The translations under genes and the position numbers were made by a program. 64,000 nt of DNA, taken from positions 213,962,001 through 214,026,000 of the forward strand of contig OX597815.1 in the NCBI GenBank assembly GCA_951406725.2, given 5' to 3'. Under the pieces are notes generated by a model that saw only the letters and a program-made list of their open reading frames with translations, had not been told where the DNA came from and searched no databases. This DNA comes from Octopus vulgaris (lineage: Eukaryota). This document shows, in pieces, positions 57,288-64,000 of the stretch; position 1 is the first letter of the stretch; each line of letters starts with the position of its first letter.

Positions 57288-58129
57288 TAATATATATTAT
57301 TTTACCGAGTTCAAAATTAATTTGAGGTCAAGCTGAGACGCGAAATTGAAGGATTTCAGCGGCCATATCGAACCAAAAGTTTCGAACTACACAACAAAAT
57401 GGAAGCTCCCAGAACAATCGCAAGTGCAAAACAGAAACTAAAAGCGTAACCGGAGACGGTATGAAATAGAAAATGCTCAGAAACATCGATAACCAAGATC
57501 TTTATGTAAACAACAGATAAGATACGTTTGGGAAATGCAAAAGACTTCCACAAGCACTTGTTACGTAAGTGGTAAACATGACCTTCAGCGGAACAAGGTC
57601 AAATAAATACACGGACTCAGTAACTGCCTCACTTTAGGCTCTTTCTGCATTTCTTCTATGCCCTGTTTCTTCTTCTAGTCATTCTCTGCCATTCTAGCTT
57701 TTCTTTCTTTTTTACCAAATATAATCCTTCTTCTTCACGCTACTGGTATGTAATACATCTGTATTTCCCTTTGGACTCTTTCATCATTATTTTCTCTTAC
57801 ACCCTCCTCCCTTTTCCCGTCCGTCTAGTTTCTTATAATTTTTAATTTTAACAACCACCCACCATCCGAACACATGTTCCTCGTCCCGTCCCATCCACAC
57901 TCAATCTCCTTTAATCCCACATTCCACAATCAATCTCTTTTAATCCTACATAACGCAATCAACCTCCTTTATCCTGCAATACCCAAATGACTTGTCTCGA
58001 AAACTAAATCTTTCGCTTTACCCTAACCTTCTCAAAACATATGTCACTGACAGACAATTGCTGATAATTCACACTTATTATAAAAGAAGTATTCACCTTG
58101 ACGGAAGATAAAAGAGAAATATGTTTTAT

Positions 58130-58778
58130 GCTTTACTTGTTTTAGTCATAAAACTGCTGTTATGCTGGGGTACCACTAAAAAGGGTTTAGTCAAACAAAT
58201 CGATCCCAGTACTTATGTGTTTTTTTAAGCTAGATACTTATTTTATCGGTCTTTTATCCCGAAGCACTAAAGATACGAGGATGCGAGCTAATGGTTTTCG
58301 ACCATTTTGTACCCGTGGATTTCCTTCATTACTGTTTTATTCCGGTGGGTCCCCATAGCCATTCGATATTTTGAAATCTAATTTTTAGAGATAGTCGTTT
58401 TCTTGCAATAAATACATCTGCAACAACATTCTTTCATGGACCATGAAAATAATATTATGGATCCCAAATTATTATTTGGCATCTCCTATGGACCCCCAAG
58501 GGACCATATAAACCCTGGTTAAGAACTACTAACGTAAACAAACCAACTCCGATTGTCAAGAGTTGGTGTTGGACGAACACAAACACAAAGGCACGCACAT
58601 ACAAACACACACATATACGTGGGCTTTCTGACTTTCCATCTACCAAATCCACCCACAAGGCTTTGGTCGTTCCAGAGCTACAGCAGAAGATATCTACCCA
58701 AGGTGCCACGCAGTGGGACTTAAACTAAGACCACATGATTGGGAAGCAATCTTCTTAACCGCATAGTTAAGTCTGTGC
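58130..58778 (-). mobile_element. SINE family A interrupted by a MITE
   Basis: SINE sequence resumes (ACGTAAACA..) after 58531. Confidence 0.8.
58289..58531. mobile_element. Probable hAT-type MITE
   Basis: Degenerate TIRs TAATGGTTTTCGACCA / TGGTTAAGAACTACTA with subterminal GGACC motifs; similar end at ~49420-49461. Confidence 0.5.
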
Positions 58779-58914
58779 CTTTACACTTAATTTTAAAACA
58801 AAATTCAAATTCGAACGAAGACGTGTCAAAACAGGAGTTCAAAGAAAGCAGCATGTATCTGCAAAATATAAAAAACAATCAAGGTATGTATATTTATTTG
58901 GCATTGAATATATT

Positions 58915-59176
58915 GCGAGATCGTAGGTTCGATTCCCAGACCGGGCGTTGCGTTGTGCTTTTGAGCAAAGCACTTCATTCCACGATGCCCTGCGATCATT
59001 TCGTCATCTGACATGTGGCACTCGTTGCACCTGTACAGGTAATGCCGATTTATTGGACGGAGTGAGCTAATGTGTATACAAACATTTAATCGCTATAAAC
59101 AAATCATCCGTGTGGTTGTTCTATTAGAAATTGTCGAACGCTCATAGGTCATCTAACGACAGGAGAGTCCATTATT
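58915..59176 (+). mobile_element. 5'-truncated SINE sharing the B box and CORE-like segment with families C/D, with a different body
   Basis: GGTTCGATTCCCAGACCGGGCGTTGCGTTGTGCTTTTGAGCAAAGCACTT. Confidence 0.6.
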
Positions 59177-59918
59177 CATACATACACATATTTCGTCAGA
59201 AGTTACAGAGTGACACTGGACAATTTCGTGCTTGATAAGTGCCACTACACTCAGCTTTTGACTTACTATCTAACTTTTGCCGATGATATATATACATATT
59301 ACATATATGTGTAAAAGAAAAAAACTCATCACTCAATCGAACCAATGAAAGAGCCTCTACCTGGTCGCTCGACTCGCTAAAATTATCAGCCAATGTATCC
59401 CCCTGCCCAGTATTTTATAAGGTAAAATCCTAAATTATTAATTGACACATTATTAATTATCTTATAACAGCAATGCCTGGAAAAATCATGGATTACATGG
59501 AAAAATGCGAGCATGAAAAGTAATATTCAGGTTATAAGAATAGGACAAACTATTACTTCAAGTAAAGAATAAGAAACATTTTACTTAAAATATTGCAGCT
59601 AAACTTAAAATTTGAATATTAAAAAAATATTTTATTATAGTTTACAACTAACAGTATACTTATTTAAATAGAATTTGGCTAATTTACTACCTTAAATATA
59701 GAAAAAAGTGACTAATTAGACAAACTTACAAATTAGCTGAACAGTTTTGTACAATAAATTTAAAAGATATTGGAATATTGCATATATACCATTAATCCTA
59801 AAATATGGATTTACAACTTCAATACCCATACATATCTTGCATCTATTTTCTTTCCTCCAACTCACTCTCTATTTTGTATCACATCTACACTACTATGATT
59901 TAACTATCCTCTCACACC

Positions 59919-59970
59919 GTCTCCGATGAAGGGATATCATTAATAAATATCCTGGAAACAGCTGTAAGAT
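59919..59970 (+). ncRNA. Type-I hammerhead-like motif (U4C), family H5
   Basis: GTCT-CCGATGA-A-GGGATAT..ATATCCT-G-GAAA-C-AGCT-GTA|AGAT. Confidence 0.6.
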
Positions 59971-60624
59971 CTTCTAACTATAAATGCTCTAATATCTGCA
60001 CAGCCTTGGTTTCTTATCTTATTACGTAAAACATTCTTATATACACACGCTGACATAGAACCAATGTTGAACTCCTTATTCGCAATATTACTGAATCTGG
60101 AACTTAACTCTGGTTTGTCTGTAGCACTTCTTCAGCATTACCTGACACCTTTGGGTCTCAATGACACCATTATCTCTTATATCCTCAACTTCTCGCTATA
60201 TATATATATTCGTTTTAGATTAAGGCTTCACCTTAAAGGATTTCATTAAACAAACCGACCCCAGTACATATTTCTAAGTCCGGTCCTTATTCTCTCGGAT
60301 CTTTTAGCCGAACCGCTAAGCCACAGGGACGAAAAGAAAAGAACACACTTGTGAAATGGTAGTGGGGAATAAATAGAAACAAAACACACACACAATTACA
60401 AATCATCGAATTGTTACGAGGGTTCACCGAAATAAAATAAGAATCAAAGGAGCCCATAGGTAATGCGCGCACGCGTGTGTGCGTGTGTGTGTGTGTGCCT
60501 GTGCGACTGCGTAGTAGTGAAGGTGCCTTAGGAGTTAGGCTGTTGCACTCACGTGATCTTAAGGTAGTGCATTAAATTTCTAACCTGGATGACACATTAC
60601 TCAGCAAGACACATCATTTCGCAC

Positions 60625-60733
60625 ATGCACACACACACGAATGCACACACACAAGCATGCACACACACACGAATGCACACACACAAGCATGCACACACAC
60701 ACGAATGCACACACACAAGCATGCACACACACA
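60625..60733. repeat. 31-bp higher-order CA-rich tandem repeat, ~3.5 copies
   Basis: ATGCACACACACACGAATGCACACACACAAGC-type units. Confidence 0.8.
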
Positions 60734-60993
60734 TAAGTACTCGCGCGCGCGCATGCACACGCACAGCTTTATATGCTACGGGCTTCCACAGATTCGGTTC
60801 CCCGAATGCACTTAGAGGACATTGGTTGGACCACGGCTATAGCAGAAGACACATAACCAAGGTGCCCCGCAGAGGGACCGAACACGAAACTATGTGATTG
60901 CAAGCCAAAATTCTTAGCCACATTGCCATACTTGTATCTCTCTTGCTTTCCCCCTCTCTCCATATTAATATATATGTGTGTGTCATATATATG

Positions 60994-61024
<31 letters not shown>

Positions 61025-61026
61025 AT

Positions 61027-61075
<49 letters not shown>

Positions 61076-61114
61076 ATATCAGATATATACAATATAGATA
61101 TATAATATATGTAT

Positions 61115-61326
61115 ATCCTTTCTTCTATGGACACAACGCCTGAGGTTTTGGGGGCAGGAGCAACTCAATTACATCGACCCCAGTGCGTATCTGGTACTCA
61201 TTTTATCGAACCCGAGAGGATGAAAAGCAAAGTCGACCTCGGCGGAATTTGAGCTCAGAACGTAGGGATGGATGAAATGCCGCTAAGCATTTGCCCGGCA
61301 TGCTAACAATTCTGCCAGCTCACCAC
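61115..61326 (-). mobile_element. SINE family B (tail type 2)
   Basis: GGATGAAAAGCAAAGTCGACCTCGGCGGAATTTGA..GCCAGCTCACC. Confidence 0.88.
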
Positions 61327-61356
61327 ATTTACATAGCTATATCTAGCTATCTATCT

Positions 61357-62435
<1,079 letters not shown>

Positions 62436-62664
62436 TCTATTTATCTATCTATCTCTCTCTCTCTATATATATATAACACACACACATAAATGATTGCATA
62501 CTTAAAGTTGTCCCCTATGTTAAAAAGTAAAACTAAAATTATGAATATACAGTAAGTTGAACAAGGCATAGTAGTTAGAAACCGCAAGAACCGAGGCTGC
62601 ACATCTTTTTGAGTCGTTAAAATAAGGAGCAGGCAATGTTTGGACAAAACAGTATTGGCTATAT

Positions 62665-62880
62665 TCACGGCGGAAAGCTAGCAGGACCATTAGCATGCCA
62701 GACAAAATGCTTACTGTCATATCGTCCAACTTTACTTTCTGAGTTCAATTTCCGCCGATGTCGACTTTGCATTTTATCCCCTCATAGTCGATAGAATAAG
62801 TACCAGTTGAGTACCGGGGTTGATGTTATCAACTTCTCCCATCAAATGTTCAAGCCCTGTGCCTATAATAGAAAGGAATA
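62665..62880 (+). mobile_element. SINE family B (tail type 2)
   Basis: Flanked by a TATTGGCTATA duplication. Confidence 0.8.
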
Positions 62881-63601
62881 TTGGCTATACTTAATTATAC
62901 CTCTTAAATACATCATGGCCTTGGGCTTATGTTAGAAACCACATTTAAAGAAAAAATGACTTTGAATAGGAGACAGCCCAGACATGCTTCATTTTTGTTG
63001 AAACTCATTAATTGAAGTGCCGACTCAGCGTTATTTAACGATCAAATGGGTAATTAAACATACAGATATGTATATTATTTGCAATTATTCTAAGACGGAA
63101 TAAATGATGTTAGTTATCAATTAACACCATTCTCCTTATATGGTATATGTGATTTTTAATTCGTAATTTTTGCTTCTTTTTAGGCGCCTAAGCATTTAAC
63201 ATGCTTTCATATGTTAATTATCATACAGATGGAACTTCAACGTAATTTAATTAATACATACAGACGCACATTTATTGGAGTACATAACTGTATGTGCATG
63301 CGTGTCGTGTGCGTATGTGTGAGTTTTTGTGCATGATTCGGCATGCATTTTTGTGTGTGTATATGTGAATATCTATAATTAACGAGATCAGTAAATACAT
63401 TTATCGTATCTAGGATTCGGTCGTCAATTTATCTTTCTCATAAACATATCTCAATTTCTTCTATGTAAATGTACATTCACCTCCTAAATTTTGCGTTTTT
63501 TAACATGTAAATTTCGCATTTTTAACTCTAAATTTCGAATTCTTTTTACGCACACATTTTTTATATTACACAAGCTTACAGCTTTTATTTATACTAAATG
63601 C

Positions 63602-63661
63602 AGGTACAACAAGGTGAAAATAGGTGCAACAAGGTGAAAATAGGTGCAACAAGGTGAAAAT
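63602..63661. repeat. 20-bp tandem repeat x3 (AGGTGCAACAAGGTGAAAAT)
   Basis: Directly visible. Confidence 0.92.
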
Positions 63662-63854
63662 ATGACGGGAACAGACTAACACGTTGAGGAAATGATTTCG
63701 AATCACAGGGAGAGTTAATAGTTCAGCTGATTAATATTTGCACTTTCCACAAACACACTTTCCATAAAGACGAGAATAAAACTACACGCGTGAAAGCAGT
63801 GTCAGTTAAAAAAGAAAAATCACCATCAAAACCACTTAAAAATTTCGTCTGAAT

Positions 63855-64000
63855 AACGGTTTAAAATTTAGACACAAGGCCAGGAATTCCGAGGGAGGGA
63901 GTAAGTAAATGCTTGATTGGTGCTTATTTTATCGACCCCTAAAGGATAAAAGGCAAAGTCAACCTCGGCGGAATTTGAACTGAGAATGTAAAGTCGCACG
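63855..64000 (-). mobile_element. SINE family B, cut by the window edge
   Basis: AAAGGCAAAGTCAACCTCGGCGGAATTTGAAC. Confidence 0.85.

Overview
AT-rich, microsatellite-saturated eukaryotic non-coding DNA (intronic or intergenic). I found no intact protein-coding gene, and nearly all listed ORFs are artefacts of (CA/TG)n, (TA)n, (TACA)n, (TTTC)n or (AAT)n tracts. The repeat content looks like an octopus or other coleoid cephalopod genome, though that assignment is my inference. It includes about 40 tRNA-derived SINE copies from at least four families, 3'-truncated R4/Dong-type (RLE) LINE fragments piled into (TAA)n tracts, RTE and CR1-type LINE fragments, a DD37D maT/Tc1 relic and mariner/hAT MITEs. 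The most interesting layer is a set of short elements embedded in (TA)n or (TACA)n tracts, often with inverted repeats, that carry type-I hammerhead ribozyme motifs. Seven motifs have all three helices and a cleavable triplet, and several more are degenerate; they belong to at least five sequence families. This fits Penelope-like pLTR or retrozyme-type non-autonomous elements. One copy ends exactly at its family's predicted self-cleavage site.
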